Of a stretch of 64,000 nucleotides of DNA, positions 29,115-39,539 are shown piece after piece. The first letter of the stretch is position 1. The number at the start of each line of letters is the position of its first letter. The notes below the pieces were generated by a model that had not been told where the DNA came from, did not search any database, and saw only the letters and a list, made by a program, of their open reading frames with translations. The stretch lies in contig JBDTME010000006.1 in NCBI GenBank assembly GCA_039934415.1, positions 17,206 to 81,205 of the forward strand, given 5' to 3'. The stretch comes from Patescibacteria group bacterium (lineage in GTDB: Bacteria; Patescibacteriota; Microgenomatia; UBA1400; PJMF01). The translations under genes and the position numbers were made by a program.

Positions 29115-29567
29115 ATGAAAATTTTTCTAGGAGCTGATCACGGTGGATTTAAAATGAAAGAAGACATCAAAGATTGGTTGATCGAAGAGGGACATGAAGT
29201 CGAAGATTGTGGAAATACAGTATTAGATCCTGATGATGATTATCCGAAATACGCAATCACAGTTGCCGAGAAGGTAGCAGCTTCTTCTGGTAAAAATTAC
29301 GGCATTTTGTTTTGTCGGTCTGGTGCAGGTATGATAATTGCTGCGAATAAGGTAAAAGGTATCCGAGCTGTCGATGTATTTGACCTGACTAGTGCAATCC
29401 ATGCGCGTACGAATAACGATGCCAATGTGATGTCGATTGGTGCAGATTGGATGGATCCCGGCGAAGCACGTCTTGTCATCAAAAACTTTTTGGAAACAGA
29501 GTTCATGGGTGAAGAACGACACGAGCGCAGAATTCGAGACATTGCCCAATTAGAAAGTGAAAATTAA
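29115..29567 (+). CDS. rpiB: Ribose-5-phosphate isomerase B
   Basis: GADHGGF and CRSGAGM(S)IAANK motifs of RpiB/LacAB. Confidence 0.9.
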   Translation: MKIFLGADHGGFKMKEDIKDWLIEEGHEVEDCGNTVLDPDDDYPKYAITVAEKVAASSGKNYGILFCRSGAGMIIAANKVKGIRAVDVFDLTSAIHARTNNDANVMSIGADWMDPGEARLVIKNFLETEFMGEERHERRIRDIAQLESEN

Positions 29568-29603
29568 TTTTCAAACAACATTATTTACTAGTACTTAATT
29601 ATC

Positions 29604-30266
29604 ATGCATATTTATCCCGCTATTTTAACCGAATCTGTACCATTGGCTGAAGAACAGCTCGCCAGGGTGGTGGGTATTCCAGAGATTGAAGCAGTTCAAA
29701 TTGATATCATTGACGGTGAGTACGCTGATAATCTAACAATATCCCCAATTGACCTGATTGGTACAAACTTTGGTGAGCTGAGAGTAGATTTTCATTTAAT
29801 GACTATAGAGCCTGTGAATTTCATCTATGAGTGCAAACAAGTCGAAAATGTTCGAGCTGTTATCGCACAGATCGAACGCATGACTTCGCAAAAAGAGTTC
29901 ATTCGAGAAGCGCTTCAGTTCAGTGTTCAGCCTGGTTTATCACTGGATTTATACACCCCTGTTGAGTCTATCCACGAAGAAAGTTGGGAAGAGTTGCGAG
30001 TGATCTGTTTAATGGGGAATTTGGCTGGTCATCAAGGTGAGCCATTTAAAGGCAAAGTAGTGCTCGATAAGATTAGAGAAGTGAATGAGATCAAAAAGAA
30101 GTTAGATCTACAGCAATTGGAAGTTATTGTTGATATTGGTGTTAATGAAGACACGATTAGTCAGATTGCGAAAGCGGGAGCTGACGGAGTTGCTGTTGGT
30201 AGTCTATTATGGAAGAGCGAAGATATTGAAGCACAGCTACAACGACTCGAAGAAAACGCACATTAA
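29604..30266 (+). CDS. Ribulose-phosphate 3-epimerase-like TIM-barrel protein (metal ligands partly substituted)
   Basis: Collinear with Rpe: DIIDGEYADNLTISP vs DVMDNHYVPNLTFGP; FHLM; LMGNLAGHQGEPF; AGADGVAVGS. The first His of the HxD ligand pair is Gln, so the function is uncertain. Confidence 0.55.
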   Translation: MHIYPAILTESVPLAEEQLARVVGIPEIEAVQIDIIDGEYADNLTISPIDLIGTNFGELRVDFHLMTIEPVNFIYECKQVENVRAVIAQIERMTSQKEFIREALQFSVQPGLSLDLYTPVESIHEESWEELRVICLMGNLAGHQGEPFKGKVVLDKIREVNEIKKKLDLQQLEVIVDIGVNEDTISQIAKAGADGVAVGSLLWKSEDIEAQLQRLEENAH

Positions 30267-30310
30267 TTTCAAGATTAAAAACTATCAACCACTGAGCAAG
30301 TATATTTTTC

Positions 30311-30937
30311 ATGCGTACACAACTTCACATTCCATCACCAAAAACAAATCCAGGCATCCGTAATGTTGCGGTGTTTGGTTCGGCTGATGTGGATTCAAAA
30401 GATCCAGTCTATGAAGAAGCATTCAACGTTGCTCGTTACTTGGCGTATCATGATAAAGTGATTGTGAATGGTGGGGGTCCAGGTGTGATGCAGGCTGCAA
30501 CAACAGGTGCGCAGTCAGTTGGTGGCCAGACACTCGTTGTGACTTTTGCTCCCGATCCTAAAGAAGCACCAGATTTTGAAGGAAAATTTGAGAATAATAA
30601 AGCTGATGTTGAAATCAAAACCAAAAACTACGTTGAAAGAATGTTTAGTTTAATGGAACACGCCGACATTTTTATCGTGTTTAAAGGTGGTACAGGAACG
30701 CTCAGTGAGTGGGCTACGGCTTGGTTGATGGCGCATATTTACTATGGACATCATAAACCACTGATTTTATACGGTGAATTTTGGACTGAAGTTATTAAAT
30801 GTATGACCAACAATTTTTTTATTGGTAAACATGAGATGGAAGTGTTCAAAATAGTCAAAGACGAAGCTGAATTGATCCCGGCCTTTGAGTACTTCGAGCA
30901 TGAATTAGAGAAGCGGATGTCAGCTACTTGGAAGTAA
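30311..30937 (+). CDS. LOG-family nucleotide 5'-monophosphate phosphoribohydrolase (TIGR00730)
   Basis: VAVFGSA ... GGGPGVMQA ... KGGTGTLSEW motifs of the LOG/YvdD family. Confidence 0.8.
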   Translation: MRTQLHIPSPKTNPGIRNVAVFGSADVDSKDPVYEEAFNVARYLAYHDKVIVNGGGPGVMQAATTGAQSVGGQTLVVTFAPDPKEAPDFEGKFENNKADVEIKTKNYVERMFSLMEHADIFIVFKGGTGTLSEWATAWLMAHIYYGHHKPLILYGEFWTEVIKCMTNNFFIGKHEMEVFKIVKDEAELIPAFEYFEHELEKRMSATWK

Positions 30938-30981
30938 GCCCCTCGCTTGTTTGTCCCCCCAAAGACATCTAGAATGAACAT

Positions 30982-31905
30982 ATGTACGATTTACTTTCCA
31001 TTGGTTCTGCTACGTTGGATGTTGTTGCAAAGTCGAAAGATTTTGTGATTAAAGAAGAAGGGGGCAATAAAATTTTGTGTGAAAGTTATGGCGAAAAGAT
31101 GGATGTAGAGGAAATCAAATTTATTAGTGGTGGCGGTGCCACGAATGTGGCAGTGGGATGTAGTCGTTTGGGCCTGAAATCAGCAGTCGTTTGTGAAGTG
31201 GGTAAAGATTTGGCTGCCCAGGTCATTTTTGATGATTTAAAAAAAGATAAAGTTGAAACGCAATATATTATCAAAGAAAGATTGGAAGAAACGGCAGTAT
31301 CTATTCTATTGTCGGCAGGTGATGGTGGGCGCAGTGCCTTAACCCATCGAGGAGCTGCCTATCAACTGGAAAGTCGCGACATCCCTTGGAATGAGCTGGA
31401 TAAGACGAGGTGGCTTCACTTCGGAACGCTAGGGGGTGATAAGCAGTTACTGTTTGATCTGTTTGATTTTGCTCGGCAGCACCAACTAAATGTGTCCTGG
31501 ACACCTTCTTTAAAAGATCTCGAGCGGTGTGAGTGTGGCGACTTATTACCGTCTGTTATTTATTGTCATGTCCTCATTTTAAATTTAACGGAATGGACAA
31601 CGATCAAAAAGATTCAGGAAGATTTGTTGAAGCATATAGAGTTGATCATTGTAACGGAGGGCAAAGATGGTGGTGTTGTGTATCAAAACGGCAAGAAATT
31701 ACTTACGTATGAATCGCTAGAAGTTAAAACTGTTGAAGAGACTGGAGCTGGCGACGCCTTTGCTACAGGATTTATTGCTGGTCAGCTCAACAGTAAGACT
31801 GTTATAGAAGCAGTCGAGTGGGGTAGCCGAAACGCTGCTTCAGTTGTGCAATTTCTCGGAGCCAAAGAAGGTTTACTTACCAAGTCTCAAATTCAGGGCA
31901 AGTGA
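30982..31905 (+). CDS. PfkB-family sugar/nucleoside kinase (ribokinase-like)
   Basis: GGGATNVAVG N-terminal motif and C-terminal anion hole ETGAGDAFATGF. Confidence 0.8.
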   Translation: MYDLLSIGSATLDVVAKSKDFVIKEEGGNKILCESYGEKMDVEEIKFISGGGATNVAVGCSRLGLKSAVVCEVGKDLAAQVIFDDLKKDKVETQYIIKERLEETAVSILLSAGDGGRSALTHRGAAYQLESRDIPWNELDKTRWLHFGTLGGDKQLLFDLFDFARQHQLNVSWTPSLKDLERCECGDLLPSVIYCHVLILNLTEWTTIKKIQEDLLKHIELIIVTEGKDGGVVYQNGKKLLTYESLEVKTVEETGAGDAFATGFIAGQLNSKTVIEAVEWGSRNAASVVQFLGAKEGLLTKSQIQGK

Positions 31906-31963
31906 ATAGAGTAAGAATTTGGTATAGTAACGTTAGTGTTTTTCATCAAACAAAAAGGAACAA

Positions 31964-33085
31964 GTGATCCCGACCTTAGAACCAAATACACCAGTTTCAA
32001 CTACAGCTGCTCCATCTTCAGCGCAGTCCAATGTCCCTGCGACACTTGAATCTGAGTTACTAGAACTGCGTCAAAAACTGGTTTCGGCGGAAGTACCCGA
32101 TGAATTGAAGCTGCAGGTCGAAAAAGATCTTAATCGGCTGGAAAGAACCGGGCAGAGTACAGGGTACGATGAAAAATACGAACGATTGTCAAAGTATTTA
32201 GATTGGGTAGTCAACTTACCTTGGAATAAGAAAAGTAATGATATTTTAGATCTAGAAAAAACGAAAGAAATTTTCGAAAAGCATCACTACGGTATGCAAG
32301 AAGTGAAAGATCGGTTTTTGGAGTACGTGTCTGTCTTGAAAATGCGTAGTCAGACGCAAAAAAACCCCTATGTCAAAGCGCCTATTTTATTATTAGTTGG
32401 TTTGGTTGGTACTGGAAAGACGACATTTGCTTACTCGTTGGCAGAGGCGTTGGGTCGCCAGTTGATTCGTATTCCATTTGGTGGAATGGGATCGGCACGC
32501 GATTTGCGAGGTCAGTCACGGTTGCATCTGGAAGCTGAGCCAGGATATGTCATTAAAGGGTTGCGTCAAGCCGGAACGCGTAATCCGGTTATTTTGCTGG
32601 ATGAAATTGATCGTGTGGCAGATGATGCGCGAAACGACATCATGGGTGTACTAGTTGAGCTGCTAGATCCAGGGCAGAATTTTGCTTTTACTGATCACTA
32701 TATTGATTATCCTTTCGACTTATCAGAAGTGATTTTCCTGGCTACTGCCAACAATACTCGTAACATCGCGACTGCAGTCTTCGATCGTCTTGAACAAATT
32801 TCGATGCCGTCTTACACAGATGAGCAAAAAATTGTGATCGCACAAAAATATATTCTCCCGCAATTGTTGGAAGAGGCCGGCCTCACTGCTCAGCAGTTTG
32901 TCCTTCAAGATCCCAATTTGTGGACGAGAATGGTACGACCATTGGGATACGATGCTGGTATTCGTACCTTACAGCGCACACTACAAGGTGCCGTTCGGAA
33001 AGCCGCACGAGAAATAGTAGAAAAACACGTGCCGCAAGTTGTGATCACTGAACAGAATATTAATCAATTCCTGCCGCAGTATTGA
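31964..33085 (+). CDS. Lon-like AAA+ ATPase lacking both the N-terminal LAN domain and the S16 protease domain
   Basis: Collinear with the Lon central region: YLDWVVNLPWNKKSNDILDLEKTKEIFEKHHYGMQEVKDRFLEY, Walker A GLVGTGKT, Walker B ILLDEID, sensor ATANN. The ORF ends 9 nt before the UDG gene with no protease module. GTG start. Confidence 0.8.
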   Translation: MIPTLEPNTPVSTTAAPSSAQSNVPATLESELLELRQKLVSAEVPDELKLQVEKDLNRLERTGQSTGYDEKYERLSKYLDWVVNLPWNKKSNDILDLEKTKEIFEKHHYGMQEVKDRFLEYVSVLKMRSQTQKNPYVKAPILLLVGLVGTGKTTFAYSLAEALGRQLIRIPFGGMGSARDLRGQSRLHLEAEPGYVIKGLRQAGTRNPVILLDEIDRVADDARNDIMGVLVELLDPGQNFAFTDHYIDYPFDLSEVIFLATANNTRNIATAVFDRLEQISMPSYTDEQKIVIAQKYILPQLLEEAGLTAQQFVLQDPNLWTRMVRPLGYDAGIRTLQRTLQGAVRKAAREIVEKHVPQVVITEQNINQFLPQY

Positions 33086-33094
33086 TAAGCAGCC

Positions 33095-33724
33095 ATGACT
33101 CCTTCTGACAAGCAAAAAAAACTGGATGAGATCGCCAAACAGATGGAGGTCGAGATCCAGTACGAACTAGCCAAACATGCGAATTTAGTTCCAGGAGAAG
33201 GCAGTGCTAATGCAGAGGTCATGTTCATTGGTGAAGCACCAGGGGCAGATGAAGATCATTTGAAGCGGCCATTTGTGGGCAGGTCTGGGCAATTGTTGAG
33301 ATTGAATATCCGCAGCATTGGTTGGAAGGAAGCTGATGTGTATATCACGAATGTGGTCAAACATCGTCCGCCCGCTAATCGGGATCCGTTTCCAGATGAA
33401 ATTCTGCAAAACAAAGTTTTTTTAGATCAGCAGATTGAGACGATTGACCCGTTATTGATTGTGACACTGGGGCGCTTTAGCATGGGGAAGTTCTTTGCGG
33501 ACACGAAAATTTCACAGATTCATGGCAAAGTTTTTAAGATCAATTTCCAAAGAAAGAAGCGTTTTGTTTTCCCGTTATATCATCCAGCAGCCGCGTTGCG
33601 GAGCACTGCTATGAAAGAGCAGTTTGAGCTTGATTTTAAAAAACTGCCCAAAATTTTAGAGTGGGTGAGAAAGCAAAAACCAGATCTGGAGTTGCAGGCA
33701 ACTGTAGAAGAGTTTTTACTCTAG
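33095..33724 (+). CDS. Uracil-DNA glycosylase, family 4
   Basis: GEGSANAEVMFIGEAPGADED...PFVGRSGQLL motif A and HPAAALR motif B. Confidence 0.85.
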   Translation: MTPSDKQKKLDEIAKQMEVEIQYELAKHANLVPGEGSANAEVMFIGEAPGADEDHLKRPFVGRSGQLLRLNIRSIGWKEADVYITNVVKHRPPANRDPFPDEILQNKVFLDQQIETIDPLLIVTLGRFSMGKFFADTKISQIHGKVFKINFQRKKRFVFPLYHPAAALRSTAMKEQFELDFKKLPKILEWVRKQKPDLELQATVEEFLL

Positions 33725-33767
33725 TGAGCAACACGAGTATTGAGTACTAAAATTACTCAATATGTAA

Positions 33768-34616
33768 GTGAACTCAAGTCTACTTCTTGAAAACTGCTAT
33801 AATGAACACATGTATCTGTTTATTATTTGTTTTTCGCTGCTCGTTCCACTACTTGCCTTGTCAATTTATCAACACAACGGAAAAAGACAGATCTTTCAAC
33901 TCGATTTTGTGCAGTTCATGTACTTATTTGTGTTTATGCCAGTCTTGTTCATTTGGGCGAAAGCGTTCTTGTTTTATCTGTTGAATACCGAAGTGAGCAA
34001 CAGCCTGAGTTCAAGAGACATTTTCACGATTGATACAACATTTAGTATTGTTGCGTTGTATCTATTCTCTGCAACAGCGATCCATACATTGACCAAAACC
34101 TTCTGGCTGAGAAAACAAGATGATCCAGATTTCGACATCTTTCACTTGTCAGAGTACTTTCATCTGTGGTGGTCTCACATTTTTATGGATGTGGGTGGGA
34201 TGATTGCGTTTTGTTTTTTGTCGACGATTAATGCTTTTATTGCATTTAACTTAGTTGAAAGTCAGTTTAAATTATTGTTTACAATGGCGTTGGGAATCGT
34301 TCTCGGTATTTTTGTTTTCTTCATGATATGGAGTCAAGATCCCAAGCAAGAACGCAAAAGGTTTTTGCGTTTGATGAAAGTTTGTCTTATTATTGTTTCG
34401 GTGTATCATGTCTTTCTGTATCTGTTGATTGAACCGCAATTTTCGATGAATTACTTTCTTTTTTGGTTCATCTTTAGCGTTGTAGTGAGTGCAACAATTT
34501 CAAGTTTCAGTTTCGTATACTCTAAAAAAGCCAGAAGACTTCATGAGCGAATGTTGCACCAAGGTTGGGGTGACAATATTCAAATTTTTAAACCAAGAGA
34601 GTCTCTGAAGAAATGA
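33768..34616 (+). CDS. Hypothetical polytopic membrane protein
   Basis: 282 aa, about 7 TM helices, no motif. Confidence 0.3.
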   Translation: MNSSLLLENCYNEHMYLFIICFSLLVPLLALSIYQHNGKRQIFQLDFVQFMYLFVFMPVLFIWAKAFLFYLLNTEVSNSLSSRDIFTIDTTFSIVALYLFSATAIHTLTKTFWLRKQDDPDFDIFHLSEYFHLWWSHIFMDVGGMIAFCFLSTINAFIAFNLVESQFKLLFTMALGIVLGIFVFFMIWSQDPKQERKRFLRLMKVCLIIVSVYHVFLYLLIEPQFSMNYFLFWFIFSVVVSATISSFSFVYSKKARRLHERMLHQGWGDNIQIFKPRESLKK

Positions 34617-34695
34617 AGTGGTGCGTGATTGTTGTTATTAATATATTAAATATTTTTTAAGTAATAGAAAATTACTTGGGTTGTGAAAGGTTTTT

Positions 34696-36357
34696 ATGAG
34701 TAAGTTACGAATTATCCCGCTTGGTGGAATTGGGAGTGTAACCAAGAATATGTTTGTCTATGAATATGAAGACGAAATGTTGATCGTGGATTGTGGAATT
34801 GGTTTCCCCGCGCTCAACATGCAAGGAATTGATCTGCTGATTCCTGATGCCAGTTATTTATTTGAGCAAATTGAAGCAGGAAAGAAAATTGTCGGGATGT
34901 TCTTTAGTCACGGTCATGATGATCACATCGCAGCGGCTGGATATATTCTATCTCAATTGCCTGAGTTCCCAATTTACGCGGCCCCATTGACCGCTGCTTT
35001 CGCCGAGCAACGGATGAGAGATCATCATGTCGAGCGACCGATCACAGTGGTACGGGATCGCGAGCCGGTGACGTTGGGATACTTTACCGTTGAGACCATT
35101 GCCATGACACACTCAGTTCCAGATACGAAGCATTTAATCATCAGAACTCCAGAAGGAATTATTTATCATGGTTCTGACTTCAAACTGGATACAAATCCAG
35201 TTGATGGTGTTGTGCCTGATTACGAAGCAATTACTGAGGTGGCCAAAGAAGGCATCTTATGCATGTTGATCGATTGTTTGCGTATTGAGAATACGACTAT
35301 GACTCAGTCTGAGTCGACTGTCCGATCTGCGATAGAGCGTGAAATGATGCACGTACAAGGGAAAGTCGTTGTTACCTTGATGAGTTCACACATTCACCGT
35401 ATTCAACAGGTCGCTGACGCAGCGATTGCGGTTGGTCGAAAGCTGGTGTTTATTGGTCGCTCTGTTGAGCAGAATGTTGATTCAGCAATCAATTTGAAAA
35501 AATTACGTTTACTACCGAAAGACATCGTAGATAAAAGAAAAATTGACACCGTTCCAGATGAGCAACTGTGTCTAATTGTTGCTGGTAGCCAAGGTCAAGA
35601 AGGTTCTTCGTTGATGCGAGCGGTCTTTGGTGAACATCCGATGTTCCAGATTTCTAAACAAGATAAAGTCATCTTTTCAGCTGATGTGATCCCAGGTAAT
35701 GAACTACCGTTTTATGGCGCGATCGACGAGTTAGCAAAAAATGGTATCGATGTCACCTATCCGGATATCCGACATGATCTTCACGTTTCTGGGCACGCCT
35801 CAGCGGTTGAGCAACAGCAGTTGATCGAGTTGGGGAAAGCCAAGTATTTATTCCCAATTGGCGGTGCATACCGACACCAGAAGTTGTTCTCAGATTTGGC
35901 AAGGGAAGTGGGGTACGACGAACAACATATTTTGTTACCAAAAGATGGTCAAGTTCTCGAGTTTTCAAATGGTTTGGAAAATTGGGGCGAAACAATCTTA
36001 CTGAAAGACTTGATGGTCGATGGTAAAGGTATTGGTGATGTGGGAACCATGGTATTATCTGATCGAAAAATTATGTCCCAAGATGGCATGTTGATATTGG
36101 TCATTCCTCGGGAAAACAACAGTTATCGGTTGAGGGAAATGCAAGTCGTTTCTCGCGGTTTTATCTACATGCGCGACTCGGAAGAGTTCATTCAAGAAAT
36201 TAAAATGGCAGTTACTGAAATGATGAATGAGATGATTCGAGATGGAGAAAAACCGAATGAAATGAAACGTCGTATCGAGAAACGATTAACCAGAAAGCTC
36301 GACAAGATGATTGGACGAACACCGTTGATTATGACCGTGTTTGTAGAGTTGGGTTGA
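34696..36357 (+). CDS. rnj: Ribonuclease J (beta-CASP metallo-beta-lactamase)
   Basis: HGHDDH motif, beta-CASP region and conserved C-terminal domain; 553 aa. Confidence 0.9.
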   Translation: MSKLRIIPLGGIGSVTKNMFVYEYEDEMLIVDCGIGFPALNMQGIDLLIPDASYLFEQIEAGKKIVGMFFSHGHDDHIAAAGYILSQLPEFPIYAAPLTAAFAEQRMRDHHVERPITVVRDREPVTLGYFTVETIAMTHSVPDTKHLIIRTPEGIIYHGSDFKLDTNPVDGVVPDYEAITEVAKEGILCMLIDCLRIENTTMTQSESTVRSAIEREMMHVQGKVVVTLMSSHIHRIQQVADAAIAVGRKLVFIGRSVEQNVDSAINLKKLRLLPKDIVDKRKIDTVPDEQLCLIVAGSQGQEGSSLMRAVFGEHPMFQISKQDKVIFSADVIPGNELPFYGAIDELAKNGIDVTYPDIRHDLHVSGHASAVEQQQLIELGKAKYLFPIGGAYRHQKLFSDLAREVGYDEQHILLPKDGQVLEFSNGLENWGETILLKDLMVDGKGIGDVGTMVLSDRKIMSQDGMLILVIPRENNSYRLREMQVVSRGFIYMRDSEEFIQEIKMAVTEMMNEMIRDGEKPNEMKRRIEKRLTRKLDKMIGRTPLIMTVFVELG

Positions 36358-36440
36358 GCGTAGAAAAGATTTGCTTTTTAGTTTGCATTACTCTTTACAG
36401 AGTCTTTCTACTTTGTACTTGATGAAGTATACTTTTTGAT

Positions 36441-38633
36441 ATGGGTTTATTTGGTAAAAAGTCCAAGCGTGGGCGCAAGAAGTCGCCGTTAAAGTTGTCC
36501 CTGCGAAAAGAGACGATGTTGTCGTTGGTTTCGGTGTTCTTTTTTGCAGCAGGTGGACTGATTTTTCTGTCTTTCTCTGGTCAAGGTGATATCTTGCAGC
36601 AGTTTAATAGATTTGTCGTCGCAAAGTTGGGTCTGGCCACTTTTCTGTTGCCCTTTATATTCTTTTCGGCTGGTTTAACGTTGACCCAGATGAAATGGGC
36701 GTTTGCGCGACCCCATACCTTTTTAGGTGCTTGTCTGATCTTTATTGGTATCTTAGGTCTTTTTCAATCAGGTGAAGTTGGTTCTCAAACATTTTTAAAT
36801 GTGGCTAACTCTGTTCAAGAAGCGGGTGCGTATTTGTTATTTTTCTTGATTACTTTTGCTGGCTATCTGATCATTACTCAAACATCAATTCGTGAACTAG
36901 TCGATATTTTTGTTGATCTCTTGCCGAAAAAATCAGACAAACCAGCGATAAAAGCTGACGAGTCTGGAAAACCAGAAGAACGGAAGGGATTACTCTCTGG
37001 ATTTTCACTAGGAGGAATCAAGATGAATACGGGTGATCCCAAAGATCCTAACCGAGATAAGCCAACGAGTGAACCGGAATTTGCTTTGGATAAGAAAAAG
37101 CCAGAAGTCTTGGCTCCAAAAACTGATGATAAAGAGATGTCAGATCAAGTTTTGGCGAATCAGCCAGGCCAAGAGTTTGTTTGGGAGTATCCACCAATTT
37201 CTTTGTTATCTGTGAAATCTGGTGCCAAAGCAGATCGTGGTGATGTCAAAAAGAACGCTGATATCATCGAACAGACTTTAGACTCATTTGGCATCAAAGC
37301 AAAAGTAGTCGAAGTTAATGGTGGACCGGCGGTAACGCAGTATGCAATGGAAATTAGTTTAGGCACGAAGTTGACTAAAATCACTGCTCTTGCAAATGAC
37401 TTGGCATTGGCACTAGCAGCCCCAACTGGCCAGATTCGTATCGAAGCGCCAATTCCAGGGAGATCTTTAGTCGGTGTGGAAATTCCAAACCGATCTTCAG
37501 AAACAATCGGATTGAAAGCAATTCTGGCGAGTGAAAAAATGCGTAAGCACAAATCAAAGTTGGCGGTGGCCTTGGGGTTGGATGTATCTGGTCAACCAGT
37601 GATTATCGATATCGCTCGGATGCCGCACTGTTTGATTGCTGGAGCCACAGGTTCTGGAAAGTCCGTCTGTGTGAACGTCTTTATTAGTAGTATTTTGTTC
37701 CGCTCGACGCCTCAGGAAGTCAAATTTATTTTGGTTGATCCGAAACGCGTGGAGTTGACTGGTTATAATGGCATCCCTCATTTGTTAACTCCAGTCATTG
37801 TTGAACCAGACAAAGTTGTTTCCGCTCTGAAATGGGCTACCGCAGAAATGGATCGTCGCTATAAGACATTGGCTGAGGTTGGTGTCAAAAATATCGAAGG
37901 CTACAACGAGCTGGCTGGTTTCCAAGCGATGCCATATATCGTCATCATTATCGATGAGTTAGCAGATATCATGTTGTTTGCTCCAGCTGAGGTTGAAGAG
38001 TGCATCACTCGTATTGCCCAAATGGCGCGCGCAGTTGGTATGCACTTGGTACTTGCTACACAGCGACCTTCTGTGGATGTCATTACTGGCTTGATCAAAG
38101 CCAACATCCCAACTCGTATTGCGTTTAACGTTTCATCAATGACTGACTCTCGTGTAGTTTTAGACTCTCCAGGTGCAGAAAAATTGTTAGGTCGGGGAGA
38201 CATGTTGTACACGCCGCCAGAGCAATCTAAACCGACTCGTATCCAGGGTGCATTTGTATCCGAACAAGAAACACGTAATCTGATCGACTTTATCAAGGCG
38301 CAGGGTCAAGAAGTTACGTATGAAGCTGATATCACTACGAAATTCAAGTCAAACAAAACTGGTGGTAAAACCAGTGGTGGGATGGGTAACAATGAAATGG
38401 GTGACAAAGATCAGTTCTTTGATGAAGCGGTTAAGATATTTTCACAGTACGACAAAGGCTCGGCTTCTTTGATTCAACGTCGCTTAAAAGTCGGTTACGC
38501 TCGTGCGGCTCGTATCCTGGATGAACTCCATGAGTATGGTATTGTCGGCGAAGCCGAAGGTAGCAAACCTCGCGAAGTGAACCTTGAAGCAGCTCAGAAA
38601 TATCTACAAAGTTTAGAAAGTATTGGAGAATGA
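36441..38633 (+). CDS. ftsK: DNA translocase FtsK/SpoIIIE
   Basis: N-terminal TM segments, Walker A GATGSGKS, DELAD Walker B and a C-terminal gamma wHTH. Confidence 0.9.
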   Translation: MGLFGKKSKRGRKKSPLKLSLRKETMLSLVSVFFFAAGGLIFLSFSGQGDILQQFNRFVVAKLGLATFLLPFIFFSAGLTLTQMKWAFARPHTFLGACLIFIGILGLFQSGEVGSQTFLNVANSVQEAGAYLLFFLITFAGYLIITQTSIRELVDIFVDLLPKKSDKPAIKADESGKPEERKGLLSGFSLGGIKMNTGDPKDPNRDKPTSEPEFALDKKKPEVLAPKTDDKEMSDQVLANQPGQEFVWEYPPISLLSVKSGAKADRGDVKKNADIIEQTLDSFGIKAKVVEVNGGPAVTQYAMEISLGTKLTKITALANDLALALAAPTGQIRIEAPIPGRSLVGVEIPNRSSETIGLKAILASEKMRKHKSKLAVALGLDVSGQPVIIDIARMPHCLIAGATGSGKSVCVNVFISSILFRSTPQEVKFILVDPKRVELTGYNGIPHLLTPVIVEPDKVVSALKWATAEMDRRYKTLAEVGVKNIEGYNELAGFQAMPYIVIIIDELADIMLFAPAEVEECITRIAQMARAVGMHLVLATQRPSVDVITGLIKANIPTRIAFNVSSMTDSRVVLDSPGAEKLLGRGDMLYTPPEQSKPTRIQGAFVSEQETRNLIDFIKAQGQEVTYEADITTKFKSNKTGGKTSGGMGNNEMGDKDQFFDEAVKIFSQYDKGSASLIQRRLKVGYARAARILDELHEYGIVGEAEGSKPREVNLEAAQKYLQSLESIGE

Positions 38634-38643
38634 AAGGAAACTT

Positions 38644-39525
38644 ATGCGAAAAATTACCCCTCATCTTTGGTTTGATAAAGAAGCGCAAGAAGCAGCACAG
38701 TTATATACTTCTCTTTTTGAAAATTCAAAAGTCCTCAATGCTGTAAAGATCCATAACACTCCGTCAGGTGACGCCGATATTTTGACAGTCATGTTGGCTG
38801 GTCAAGAGTTCATGCTGTTAAATGCCGGTCCGATTTTTAAATTTAATCCCTCTATTTCTTTTTTGATAGCGTGCAAAACGAAAGAAGAAGTCGAAAACCT
38901 TTGGCAGAAATTAATTCCAGGTGGTTCTGCTCTAATGGAACTGGGTGAGTATCCATTTAGTCAAAAATATGGTTGGCTTGCTGATAAGTTTGGTTTGTCA
39001 TGGCAAATTATGTATATGGGTGATCTGCCGATAACTCAAAAAATTACCCCGACCCTCATGTTTGTAGGGGACCAGTGTGGCAAGACTGAAGAAGCAATCA
39101 ATATGTACGCGTCAATTTTTCACAACTCAAATATTGGCGATATTATGCGCTACAACAAAGGTGAAGAGCCTGACAAAGAAGGTACCATCAGGCACGTTTC
39201 TTTCCAGTTAGCGGGGCAAGATTTTGCTGCTATGGATAGTGCTCATAAACATGAGTTTAGCTTTAATGAGGCGGTTTCATTTGTTGTTCACTGCGAGAGT
39301 CAAGAAGAAATTGATTACTATTGGGAACGACTTTCAGCTGATCCGAAGGCAGAACAGTGTGGCTGGCTCAAAGATAAATATACTGTATCGTGGCAGATTG
39401 TACCGACCTTGATGGATGAGATGTTTAAAGACAAGGATGAGAAGAAAATAGCAAGAGTTACTGAAGCATTTTTGAAAATGAAAAAATTTGATATCGCTCA
39501 ACTGCAACAAGCAGCCGAAGGATAG
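38644..39525 (+). CDS. VOC/glyoxalase-fold protein (PhnB-like, tandem '3-demethylubiquinone-9 3-methyltransferase' domains)
   Basis: Two repeats of the HLWF...(V/I)xFQL/VM(L/A)AGQ(E/D)F...KYG(W/V)SWQI pattern typical of the COG3865/PhnB family. Confidence 0.65.
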   Translation: MRKITPHLWFDKEAQEAAQLYTSLFENSKVLNAVKIHNTPSGDADILTVMLAGQEFMLLNAGPIFKFNPSISFLIACKTKEEVENLWQKLIPGGSALMELGEYPFSQKYGWLADKFGLSWQIMYMGDLPITQKITPTLMFVGDQCGKTEEAINMYASIFHNSNIGDIMRYNKGEEPDKEGTIRHVSFQLAGQDFAAMDSAHKHEFSFNEAVSFVVHCESQEEIDYYWERLSADPKAEQCGWLKDKYTVSWQIVPTLMDEMFKDKDEKKIARVTEAFLKMKKFDIAQLQQAAEG

Positions 39526-39539
39526 TTACAACTTACTGC

